Source: Bacteroidales bacterium
Lineage (GTDB): Bacteria > Bacteroidota > Bacteroidia > Bacteroidales > VadinHA17
NCBI GenBank assembly: GCA_003501665.1
Contig: DNOQ01000450.1
Location: forward strand, 10,340-74,339
Length of the DNA: 64,000 bases
Direction: 5' to 3'
The position numbers and the translations under genes were made by a program. The notes under the pieces are model-generated. The model did no database searches, had not been told where the DNA came from, and was given only the letters and a program-made list of their open reading frames with translations. This document shows positions 25,912 to 34,692 of this stretch, one piece after another; position 1 is the first letter of the stretch, and the number at the start of each line of letters is the position of its first letter.

Positions 25912-28035
25912 TTACAGTATCCTGACCGGTTTTTGCTTGCCGGAATATACCTTTTTACCGTTCAGCAATATAATAAAAGTATCATTAAAATATATTAAAT
26001 CGACCTTGTTTTGTTTCCATCCATAACCTGATATATTCAGCCGGTTATTTGAGGGAATCTGCGGATTTATCCAGAGAGACCCGTCTATCCTCGGATCAAA
26101 ACCAGCCATTCCATAAAGAATAGCCTGAGCACCTGTCATACCTGATATTTCATTGGCTCGTTTATTTACCGGAACAGCGGGCCTGTCAGCAAATTGTTCC
26201 TGGGGGTAATAAGGCAGATGTCTGCCCATCCAGAAAAAGCGCTGCAGAATATCCAGTGCAAGCTCCGGTCTTCCAAGTTCATACATCGTAAGAGCCAGTA
26301 TCGGGCCCTCTCCTGTATAGGCTCCGCCACCGGACCAGTCGGGATCATTTACCTCGTAATGAATTTCGTCTTCGCCTGATATACTGCTCACACCGTAAGG
26401 GAATAAGAAGGCGCCATCTCTTAAGTGGGTGATCAATGCATCTTCCATATCTCTGGTACATACACCTGCTCTGAGAGCATCATATGCCTGAATGGAATAT
26501 ATTATTTCTTCGTGTCCGTCAGGATAGATACATTTAAACCATCTTGCCCCGGGGTCCCACAGGGTTGTCCGAACTGCTGATCTGATTTCTGCAGCCGATT
26601 TCCTCCATTGATTAATACTGGCATTGTCATATCCGGCTTCCTCTCCCATATCAGCCAGACGTTCAAGGCACCAGGCCCGTTCTGAATTAGGACTTGCAAC
26701 AAAATGTTCCCATCCCGCGCTCCTCATTTCAAGTAAGTTATTCTGAATCCCATAATCAATCAGTCCATTCTGCCTTGATTGAAGCTCTTCATTTTCCATT
26801 ACTAATCTTACAGCTTCATCAAATAGTTCTCTTTGTTCACCCGAGTGTTTCCAGATAGTCCAGACCAGGTTAACATATGACCATGTACTATATGAATAAG
26901 GTACGCCAATACCCGATCCGTCGAGTGTATATGCATAATATTTTGTAAGGTCAATGGCAGTCATTGCCTTCGCATTATCAACAACTTTATCTCCTAACAA
27001 CAACGAGGCCATTTGTGGAGAATATCCGGCAAAATCCCATAAGTAGGAACAGATCCCGCCGCCATCAATCCCAAGAGTTGAAAGAAACGGATTCACAGCA
27101 AATGAGGGATTTTCCCAGATACAGACCAATCCGCTAACTACAGATCGTTTATAATAGTCATCCAAACCGGGAATATCACTTTCAACAACAGGAATGTTAT
27201 TCAATGCCCATGCCAACCTTCCTTTCCAGGCTTGCTCCGTCTCAACCTCCCATTCTTTGAGACTTTCCGGGGGAAGAAATGGTTTATTCTTTTCGGTGAA
27301 TACAATTCCCAGATATGTTATTTTGCTTTTATCAGCAGCGATTTCCATCTCAGGTGATTCCTTCAAAAGAGTAATACTCACCGATTCATTAGACCAGTGA
27401 TGGTCTCCGTCAGACTTAGCATCATTGCCTCTTGGAGGCTGACCAAAAGTCCAAGAGCTCAATGGATTAACTAAAGGCTTGCCTGGACTGATATCAGGCA
27501 TAAACTTGACATTCATTGATTTTCCTGTCCGGTTTTTCAGAGTCATTTTCAGTAAAAATCCTGTCCTGTTGTATAATGGAATGAGCTCACTTTGTACAGA
27601 GAAAGATATCAGGTCGTTCTTAACTATAAAATGATATGTCCCATTTCTTATTATCCTGTCGGGTCTCCACTTACCTCCGGAATATAATAATCCTACATCA
27701 CCTTTTCCTGTACTGCCAATATCTTTGACAGGATGTCCGTTTACCGCCAGTGTCATAACAAGTCTGAAATCTCTTCCTGCAAGCGGCGGACCATAACAAT
27801 CACCCACTCCCATTACCGTATTTGAAACAGGGGTAACAGTGCTCCATCCGCTCATCACCCACATATGGTTTGATGGAGAGAGGCTTGCATTCAGGTCAAG
27901 CGCAAAATCTTCAAGTGTATATTTCTGGTCCGGAAGGATCTTTTCTGAGCCGACCTTTTTGCCCGGTTGTGCATCACAGACAGTAAAGGCTGTCCACACT
28001 ATCGAGCTTGTTATCAATAGTTTTCCTATTCTCAT
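25912..28035 (-). CDS. Secreted protein of unknown family; N-terminal beta-rich region plus C-terminal helical, possibly (alpha/alpha)6-type, glycoside-hydrolase-like region
   Basis: 707 aa with the signal MRIGKLLITSSIVWTAFTVCDAQ. The C-terminal half is rich in W/Y/D/E helical repeats (...WCLERLADMGEEAGY..., ...DPDWSGGGAYTGEGPILALTMYELGRPELALDILQRFFW...), reminiscent of six-hairpin glycosidases. The family is not assigned. Confidence 0.55.
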   Translation of the reverse strand: MRIGKLLITSSIVWTAFTVCDAQPGKKVGSEKILPDQKYTLEDFALDLNASLSPSNHMWVMSGWSTVTPVSNTVMGVGDCYGPPLAGRDFRLVMTLAVNGHPVKDIGSTGKGDVGLLYSGGKWRPDRIIRNGTYHFIVKNDLISFSVQSELIPLYNRTGFLLKMTLKNRTGKSMNVKFMPDISPGKPLVNPLSSWTFGQPPRGNDAKSDGDHHWSNESVSITLLKESPEMEIAADKSKITYLGIVFTEKNKPFLPPESLKEWEVETEQAWKGRLAWALNNIPVVESDIPGLDDYYKRSVVSGLVCIWENPSFAVNPFLSTLGIDGGGICSYLWDFAGYSPQMASLLLGDKVVDNAKAMTAIDLTKYYAYTLDGSGIGVPYSYSTWSYVNLVWTIWKHSGEQRELFDEAVRLVMENEELQSRQNGLIDYGIQNNLLEMRSAGWEHFVASPNSERAWCLERLADMGEEAGYDNASINQWRKSAAEIRSAVRTTLWDPGARWFKCIYPDGHEEIIYSIQAYDALRAGVCTRDMEDALITHLRDGAFLFPYGVSSISGEDEIHYEVNDPDWSGGGAYTGEGPILALTMYELGRPELALDILQRFFWMGRHLPYYPQEQFADRPAVPVNKRANEISGMTGAQAILYGMAGFDPRIDGSLWINPQIPSNNRLNISGYGWKQNKVDLIYFNDTFIILLNGKKVYSGKQKPVRIL

Positions 28036-28042
28036 ATCTCAA

Positions 28043-30841
28043 TTATTCAGGGGGATATATTCCGGTTCCCCAGTTCTTATTTGGTTCACTGCCCAGCCAC
28101 AATTCAAGAAGTCCTCCTTTAATGAAATCCGAATGACTGATCCAGAACTGGTTCAGAGGTTTCCCATTGAGAGAAGCCCGCTGGATATAACAGTTCTTTT
28201 CCGAGTTATCATAAGTTCTTATAACGAATTTTCCACCTTCATAATAAGATTTATCGAGGCTGATAGTAACCTCATCAAATACCGGGCTTGTAATATCATA
28301 TACCGGGTTTATTGAGGCCGTCCCTGTAAGACTGAAAAGCCCAATTGCCATTAAAGCGCTGACACCACCCATCTGTCCCTGGTCTTCATCATGTCCTCCG
28401 TAACCTTTATCAGGAGTAATGGCTCCGTAAGCCTGTTCATTTACTCTCCGTACCCAATACTGGCTGAGCCATGGTTTGCCTGCATAGTTGAATACATGAG
28501 CATTTGAACAGCCGGGTTGATTTGCATAACTGACATACCCGCCTCCGTACCCAAAAACAAAATCCTGAGGTGCTGCCATTTCAAAAGCATAATTTAATTT
28601 ATTGCACAGAGAGTCATTCCCCCCCATCATGATAGCCAGATCAGCTATATCGTGCGATACTGACCATGTTCCCTGCCATGAGTTGGCTTCAATCCAACCA
28701 CTCCCTCTTAAAGGATCATTATGAAGCCACTGACCGTTCTTATCCTTCGGGAAGATTAGTTTTTGCTGGTCATTATATATATTCTTCCATCCAGCCGAAC
28801 GCTTTAAGAAATATGATTCATCCTTTTTCTTCTTCAATCCTTTGGCCATTTGGGCCAGAGCCCAGTCCTGGAAATTGGCTTCAAGCGTTATCCCGGCATT
28901 ACCCGGGTGATAGCCATTTTTCAGATAATATTCATCTATACCCATCATACCACCGGGCATGTGATTGAACTTCATAACGTCAAATGCATGAAGTGCATCA
29001 GTTTTTTTGAGAATCCCTTTTGTATATGCTGAAACTATGAGATTGGTTGCAGGACAGCCGGTCATTATATATGAATAACCGCCGCCACACGGACCCCTTG
29101 GTAATAGTTTCCCGTTATCGGCATACTGTACCAGTGAAGCTGCAATTTCATCCAGTACTTCCGGCCAGGCCAGTCCCCATAGGATGTTCAGGTTCCATTG
29201 AGTCAGCCAGAATGCGTCTGAATTATACATATGGAACTTAACTTTCCCATCGACTGTTTTTGGCAGTGTTCTGACTTTAAATATGTTATCTGTAAATGAA
29301 CCTGTTCTTACACCCTGTGTATTATCCGGATAATCACCGTTTACATCATCCAGCTTATGCCTGCCAAGAAGTGCATGCCAGAGGTCTGTATAAAATTTTA
29401 TTTTCCGGACGTCGGTACCTCCTTTTACATCGATACGTCCGAGCCATTGATTCCACTCATCTCTTGAATCCCGCCTTACCTTATCAAAATCCCAGTGGTT
29501 GCATTCGCTGATAAGGTTTTTACGTGCATTTTCAATGCTTGTATAGGAGACAGCGAATTTAACCTGTACCTGGTCGCCGGCTTTAACTGAGTAACTGGCG
29601 CTTACACCCGATGAAGGTGCATCGTGATAACTGATTCCCTCTTTAAGTTTTGGGGTACTGCCTGATTTACCTGTGAGTTGAGAGATATTAAAAAGCTTAT
29701 CTTGATCGATCCATCCATCAAGAGCCTCATATGGCCGGTCGAACTGTGCAACAAAGTATATTTTCACATTTCTGGGGCCTCCCCACAAACGGCCAGTTGT
29801 ATTTACTTCACCTTCCACTTCAGAATCACTTACCCTCATTACTCTTCCATCGGTCATTGTTGAAGTACCTACGTATCCTCCCAGGTTCAGCAATATCTTT
29901 GATACTACATCCTTCGTGTATGTCAGACGGTAGAAGCTAACTCTGTCTGTAGCAGTTAGTTCCACCCATATATTATAATCTTTCAGATAGAGCCGATGGT
30001 AGCCTGGCTGAACTATTTCATCATCATGTGAAAATTTTGATTTCCACTTTTGTTCACCTGCTGACGGATCAATATCCCCGGTTGTAGGCATCAGGGTTAT
30101 GCCTGACAGCATCCAGCAATGGACCTGTGGAAAACCCAGGACTTCCAGTGAATTATAGTTATAACCTCCACCGTACTGATTCTTATTTCGTGTCAGGGGT
30201 GCAGCACCAATCATACCAAAGGGCTGGTTCCCTGTGATAAAAAAGAAATATCTCCCTCGTGCAGATTCTGTATAAGGATCAACCCACGATACATAATCTT
30301 TATAATCCTCAGGAGCAGGGAATACCTCAATTTCAGAAAGACCTACTCTTATCCCGTCGGCATCTGTAACTTCAAGGCGCAGCCATTCAACTTTTTTTGC
30401 ATTGAATGTTACAACCCTGGGACTGCCGTCATTGGGTATTAGAAGGACCTGCTCTTCACTCCCGTCACTGAAATGTAATACTCCCCCCGCGATATGTGTC
30501 AGTTCTGATGGTGTGTCATAGATAACAACCTTATTTATTGTAACAGGATGATCCCAGTCAAGCTGGATCCAGGGATAGTTGATATATCCCCAGGAAGTCA
30601 TCCCGCTGTTGGAAATCCATTCTCCTTTGTTGCGAATATGTATTAATCCATCTGTGACTTTTTGAGGACCAGACTCATTATTTATGGCTGATGCTGCAGT
30701 AACCTTTGCCAGAGGTGCAATATTATCAGGTCCAGCCTTTAACATGTTACCTGCAATCAATGCAAAACATAACAGGACAAATTTAAATTTCACCAGGGGA
30801 CCATTAAGAACCTGGCAGGAAAACTTAAGTTTTTTTTTCAT
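28043..30841 (-). CDS. GH92-family alpha-mannosidase with N-terminal galactose-binding-like (discoidin-type) domain
   Basis: 932 aa. The N-terminal ~150 aa (...NIAPLAKVTAASAINNESGPQKVTDG...WIQLDWDHPVTINKVVIYD...GLSEIEVFP) form a carbohydrate-binding-module-like region. The GH92 core includes ...YANQPGCSNAHVFNYAGKPWLSQYWVRRV...GYGGHDEDQGQMGGVSALMAIGLF...ITSPVFDEVTISL.... Confidence 0.85.
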   Translation of the reverse strand: MKKKLKFSCQVLNGPLVKFKFVLLCFALIAGNMLKAGPDNIAPLAKVTAASAINNESGPQKVTDGLIHIRNKGEWISNSGMTSWGYINYPWIQLDWDHPVTINKVVIYDTPSELTHIAGGVLHFSDGSEEQVLLIPNDGSPRVVTFNAKKVEWLRLEVTDADGIRVGLSEIEVFPAPEDYKDYVSWVDPYTESARGRYFFFITGNQPFGMIGAAPLTRNKNQYGGGYNYNSLEVLGFPQVHCWMLSGITLMPTTGDIDPSAGEQKWKSKFSHDDEIVQPGYHRLYLKDYNIWVELTATDRVSFYRLTYTKDVVSKILLNLGGYVGTSTMTDGRVMRVSDSEVEGEVNTTGRLWGGPRNVKIYFVAQFDRPYEALDGWIDQDKLFNISQLTGKSGSTPKLKEGISYHDAPSSGVSASYSVKAGDQVQVKFAVSYTSIENARKNLISECNHWDFDKVRRDSRDEWNQWLGRIDVKGGTDVRKIKFYTDLWHALLGRHKLDDVNGDYPDNTQGVRTGSFTDNIFKVRTLPKTVDGKVKFHMYNSDAFWLTQWNLNILWGLAWPEVLDEIAASLVQYADNGKLLPRGPCGGGYSYIMTGCPATNLIVSAYTKGILKKTDALHAFDVMKFNHMPGGMMGIDEYYLKNGYHPGNAGITLEANFQDWALAQMAKGLKKKKDESYFLKRSAGWKNIYNDQQKLIFPKDKNGQWLHNDPLRGSGWIEANSWQGTWSVSHDIADLAIMMGGNDSLCNKLNYAFEMAAPQDFVFGYGGGYVSYANQPGCSNAHVFNYAGKPWLSQYWVRRVNEQAYGAITPDKGYGGHDEDQGQMGGVSALMAIGLFSLTGTASINPVYDITSPVFDEVTISLDKSYYEGGKFVIRTYDNSEKNCYIQRASLNGKPLNQFWISHSDFIKGGLLELWLGSEPNKNWGTGIYPPE

Positions 30842-30929
30842 GAGATATTCCGGATTATAAGTTAAAGCAATATTATTCAGTCAGGCATTGGTTCCGGCTG
30901 GAAAACATTAAAAAACATGAAGAACCTAA

Positions 30930-32081
30930 TTACTTAAACTGGTACTTAATATCCCGTGAAGGAATATTTTTCTCCCTGATAATAATTTCAGAATTAATGA
31001 TCTCTATTTTATCAACACCCTTATAATCCTCCGGAATTTTAGCCAGGAATGCTGTATAAGATTTGGAGATGACCTCATTGGCATCAATAAAATCATAAAT
31101 ATTTCGATCAAAGATCTTACCCTTCTTTGCAATAACAGGGAAAGGTTCGTGCAATCCTGTTGTACCGAATTCCATTCCGAAAGCTACCGGGGCATCGTTT
31201 TCCATGGAACGCCAGAAATTGATCCAGGGATACTCTTCTGTTTCCCAGATATATCCCAGCAAAAGATTTTTGCCCGGATTGGAGGCTGTAACCCAGCCGT
31301 ACTTATCATTCCGGTTATACACAAAGGAAGATACTCTTGGCCACGGATTCGTAAATTGCCTCAGGCTGACCTTTTCTCCGTTATGAATTGCTTCAGGCCA
31401 TCTTAATACAGGTTCTTCCTGGTTTAAACTGCCATCTTCCTTATCTTCAAAGCCCTTCTCAGCATTATTGTCAAACAGAGTTGACTTATCAAGGAAAGGA
31501 GGTCCTATAGTTACGTGCTGTACTATATTGAACATACGACCAAACTTGTTCAGATTTTTAATCTCTTCGGTCACAAAGAATAAAGGTTCATTTTCAGGCA
31601 TCTCAATCTTTCTGGTAAGCTGTAATCCTCCCATCGGCAGGCTGCAACCCGAGGACCATGTTAACATCCCGTCAATTTTCTGAGGTCCTCCGAGACTTGT
31701 CCAGGTAACTGTATTAACTTCCCCGTGGTGAATGAAACCATTTGCCTTTTCACCTTCAGAAGGAGGTCCCCAACGGTCAAAACATACGAAATGTCCCATA
31801 AAATCAGGCATTGTAGTATCCTTAATGCGCCAATCCAATGGATTTAGCGGTAACTCTTTAAGGTGAAAATCAGGTACTGATCCACCATTCAGATTTACCT
31901 CTAGAACTGCTTTGCTATTTTCAATTTTCATAAAGGAATTTATTTGAGTTTCATTTTGAGGCGATTTGCCCGTCACAGCTTCAGATGGCTTCCCTGTACT
32001 CTTTGGCTGACATGAAGACATTCCTAAAATAATTAAAACCACTATTCCGGCCAGGTTCTTTTTCATAACTTGGTTTAACAT
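30930..32081 (-). CDS. Lipoprotein of unknown function; weak resemblance to the galactose-mutarotase-like/aldose-epimerase fold
   Basis: 383 aa with the lipoprotein signal ...IILGMSSCQPKS. The segment ...NLNGGSVPDFHLKELPLNPLDW...GHFVCFDRWGPPSEGEKANGFIHHGEV... resembles substrate-binding segments of mutarotase-like proteins. The functional call is low confidence. Confidence 0.45.
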   Translation of the reverse strand: MLNQVMKKNLAGIVVLIILGMSSCQPKSTGKPSEAVTGKSPQNETQINSFMKIENSKAVLEVNLNGGSVPDFHLKELPLNPLDWRIKDTTMPDFMGHFVCFDRWGPPSEGEKANGFIHHGEVNTVTWTSLGGPQKIDGMLTWSSGCSLPMGGLQLTRKIEMPENEPLFFVTEEIKNLNKFGRMFNIVQHVTIGPPFLDKSTLFDNNAEKGFEDKEDGSLNQEEPVLRWPEAIHNGEKVSLRQFTNPWPRVSSFVYNRNDKYGWVTASNPGKNLLLGYIWETEEYPWINFWRSMENDAPVAFGMEFGTTGLHEPFPVIAKKGKIFDRNIYDFIDANEVISKSYTAFLAKIPEDYKGVDKIEIINSEIIIREKNIPSRDIKYQFK

Positions 32082-32196
32082 TTAAATTAATAATAGGTTA
32101 TCTTTAATTTCCCTTGTTTTGGAGTCCAGTTAAGATACATTTTATTGTTCAATAAAAATATAAGTTTTAAAAATAGATTCAAACAGCAGTACTGAT

Positions 32197-32204
32197 TATA
32201 TTTG
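32197..32204 (+). promoter_or_regulatory. Candidate Bacteroidota -7 promoter element (TAnnTTTG) for the GH92 gene at 32242
   Basis: tatatttg lies 38 nt upstream of the annotated ATG, in the 160-nt divergent intergenic region. This is a motif match only. Confidence 0.3.
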
Positions 32205-32241
32205 CTCTTTCACCAATTAATCCGGCAACTAATAATAAATT

Positions 32242-34611
32242 ATGCAAGCTATTTATTTAAACTATAAGAAAATGTGGAGAAGTATCTTAATTGGCTTATT
32301 GTCAGTAATATTGACATCATGTACAGGAACCTTTAACAGACAAAAGAATCCGGCAGATTATGTTAATCCCTTAATTGACACGAAGAAACCAAGATGGTTA
32401 TATTTTTCCTCGGCTTGCAGGCCTTTCGGGATGGTAAGTCTCAGTCCTGATACCTGGGTACTGGGAACATGGAATTCCGGTTATCTGTACGATACAACCA
32501 CCATACGATGTTTCAGCCATATACATTGCTGGCAACTTTCGGGCATTCCTGTTATGCCTGTTACCGGCAGCATGAAAGGTCAGCTTGGCTTTGAGGCAAA
32601 CAAATCACGTTTTTCGCATGATAAGGAAGTTGTTAAACCCGGTTATCACAAAGTGGTACTTGATGATTACAATATTACTGCTGAACTGACATCAACATGC
32701 AGGGTAGGTTTTCACAGATATCTATTCCCCGGAAATCAGCCGGGGCATATTCTTTTTGATGTCGGGGCAGAACTGGGACAATCAGCAAGGGATTCAGCAG
32801 CGATAAGAAAATCAGGCGATTCAGAACTGGCGGGATATGCTATAATGTCACCTACAATAAGGCGTAAGAAACCATGTAAGGTATATTTTATTGCACAATT
32901 TAACAGGCCATTTTCCGCTTTCGGGGGGTGGAAAAAGCCGGTAAATGATAAGGAAGCAGAAAAAGCTTTATTCCGGGATATAAGCGGTTTACAGGGGATT
33001 GAATGCGGTGGTTATGTTACTTTCGATAATGCAGGAAAAAAGCCTGTATTGGTGAAAGTGGCTCTTTCATATGTCAGCGAAGAACAGGCCCGCATGAATA
33101 TGAATGCCGAGCTGCCCCACTGGGATTTCGACAGGATAGTTAAAGAATCGCATGATGAGTGGAATAAAGAACTTGGTAAAATTGAAATTGAGGGAGGGAC
33201 ATATGCACAGCGGGTCAAATTCTATACAGATCTTTTTCATGTATTGCTTGGACGCCATATTTACAGCGATCACAACGGAATGTACACAGACAATACAGGG
33301 CCTGAACCACGTGCCAGGCAGATTCCCCTTGACAGCAGGGGATATCCCGTTTTTAACATGCATAATTCCGACAGTTTCTGGGGCACGGAATTTAACCTCA
33401 ATATACTTTGGTCCATAGCCTATCCACAGGCTATGAACGATATGGCCGCCACACTAATTGAGTATTACAAAAACGGAGGATTGATAGCAAGGGGACCCAG
33501 CGGGGGCAATTACACCTTCGTGATGAATGGCGACCAGGCTGTTCCGCTGATAGCAGCTGCATACAACAAAGGTATCCGCAATTTCGATATCGAAACTGCC
33601 TTTGCAGGCTGCCTTAAAAATGCAGAACCGGGAGGCATACGTTCCCATGGCGGATACGAGGCAGAGGCAAACAAATATGTGGATTATTATGTAGAAAGAG
33701 GTTATGTCCCTGAAGGTATTCCCGGCGTAGGATGGCATAAAGGCGGGTGTGCCCTTACCCTCTATTTTGCGTACCAGGACTGGTGCCTGGCTCAATTTGC
33801 TAAAGGACTGGGGAAAACCGATATCTATGAACATTACCTTAAGCGCTCTTTCAGTTACCGTAACGTTTTCGATCTGGAAGTCGGATGGATGCGCCCCAGG
33901 GAGATGGATGGATCGTGGTACAAAGATTTTAAGCCAGTCGAAGAGAAGGGTGCTGCGAGAGGTTTCACTGAAGGGAACTCTGCAATGTTTACTTACTATG
34001 TTCCTCATAATATGAAAGACCTGATTGAAATGATCGGAGGAAATGAAGCTTTTATCGCCAAACTCAACAAGCAGTTTGAACTCGCCGCCCCCAACAGGTT
34101 TATCACACCTCATGGTTTACATGCCCGGAACTGGGTCGATTACGAGAACCAGCCCAGCTTTCATATGGCACATCTCTTCAGTCATGCAGGTGCACCATGG
34201 CTTACACAATACTGGCTGAGACGGCTGAAGGATGAGGTTTTCAGTGATATCACCCCTTATGGGGGATATAATGGTGATGAAGACCAGGGTCAGATTGGTG
34301 GTTTCGGGGTAATTACCTCCATTGGGCTTTTCGATATTCAGGGCGGTGCAGCGGTTGACCCTTATTACGAAATTACCAGCCCTGTCTTTGATAAGATCAC
34401 CATTCACCTGGACAACCGGTATTATAAAGGAAAAACATTTGTAATTAAAACCATTAATAACAGCTCTGATAACATATATATCCAGTCTGCACGGTTAAAC
34501 AACAAGACATTAAACAGTTTCCGGATTCCTCATTCTGCAGTTGCCAACGGAGGAGAACTGGAAATAGTCCTGTCTGATAAACCATCAAAATGGGGTGTTG
34601 TAAATGATTAA
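32242..34611 (+). CDS. GH92-family alpha-mannosidase (lipoprotein)
   Basis: 789 aa with a lipoprotein box ...LSVILTSCTG; the start may be the Met at 32272. GH92 motifs are ...YVNPLIDTKKPRWLYFSSACRPFGMVSLSPDT..., ...YENQPSFHMAHLFSHAGAPWLTQYWLRRL...GGYNGDEDQGQIGGFGVITSIGLF...ITSPVFDKITIHL.... Confidence 0.9.
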   Translation: MQAIYLNYKKMWRSILIGLLSVILTSCTGTFNRQKNPADYVNPLIDTKKPRWLYFSSACRPFGMVSLSPDTWVLGTWNSGYLYDTTTIRCFSHIHCWQLSGIPVMPVTGSMKGQLGFEANKSRFSHDKEVVKPGYHKVVLDDYNITAELTSTCRVGFHRYLFPGNQPGHILFDVGAELGQSARDSAAIRKSGDSELAGYAIMSPTIRRKKPCKVYFIAQFNRPFSAFGGWKKPVNDKEAEKALFRDISGLQGIECGGYVTFDNAGKKPVLVKVALSYVSEEQARMNMNAELPHWDFDRIVKESHDEWNKELGKIEIEGGTYAQRVKFYTDLFHVLLGRHIYSDHNGMYTDNTGPEPRARQIPLDSRGYPVFNMHNSDSFWGTEFNLNILWSIAYPQAMNDMAATLIEYYKNGGLIARGPSGGNYTFVMNGDQAVPLIAAAYNKGIRNFDIETAFAGCLKNAEPGGIRSHGGYEAEANKYVDYYVERGYVPEGIPGVGWHKGGCALTLYFAYQDWCLAQFAKGLGKTDIYEHYLKRSFSYRNVFDLEVGWMRPREMDGSWYKDFKPVEEKGAARGFTEGNSAMFTYYVPHNMKDLIEMIGGNEAFIAKLNKQFELAAPNRFITPHGLHARNWVDYENQPSFHMAHLFSHAGAPWLTQYWLRRLKDEVFSDITPYGGYNGDEDQGQIGGFGVITSIGLFDIQGGAAVDPYYEITSPVFDKITIHLDNRYYKGKTFVIKTINNSSDNIYIQSARLNNKTLNSFRIPHSAVANGGELEIVLSDKPSKWGVVND

Positions 34612-34692
34612 ATATATACCCTTCCCAATGTCAGCAATTAAGATTTTTTGAACCATAAGAATACAAAATCTATCAGGAAATTATCGGAAATC

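Noticed and set aside
27839-28315. 158-aa plus-strand ORF spanning the junction of two minus-strand genes
   Set aside because: It overlaps the 5' end of the 707-aa gene and the 3' end of the GH92 gene on the opposite strand. Its composition is unprotein-like, so it is a shadow ORF.
33454-34113. 219-aa minus-strand ORF inside the GH92 gene at 32242-34611
   Set aside because: It is fully contained, antisense, in a gene with unmistakable GH92 motifs and has no start context or signal. The same reasoning applies to the other 60-175-aa antisense or overlapping ORFs listed throughout the GH38/GH92/GH2 genes.
34648-34692. TTG-initiated 15-aa extension of the alpha/beta-hydrolase ORF
   Set aside because: The ATG at 34693 gives a textbook Tat leader at the right distance from the N-terminus. 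The extension adds only polar residues.
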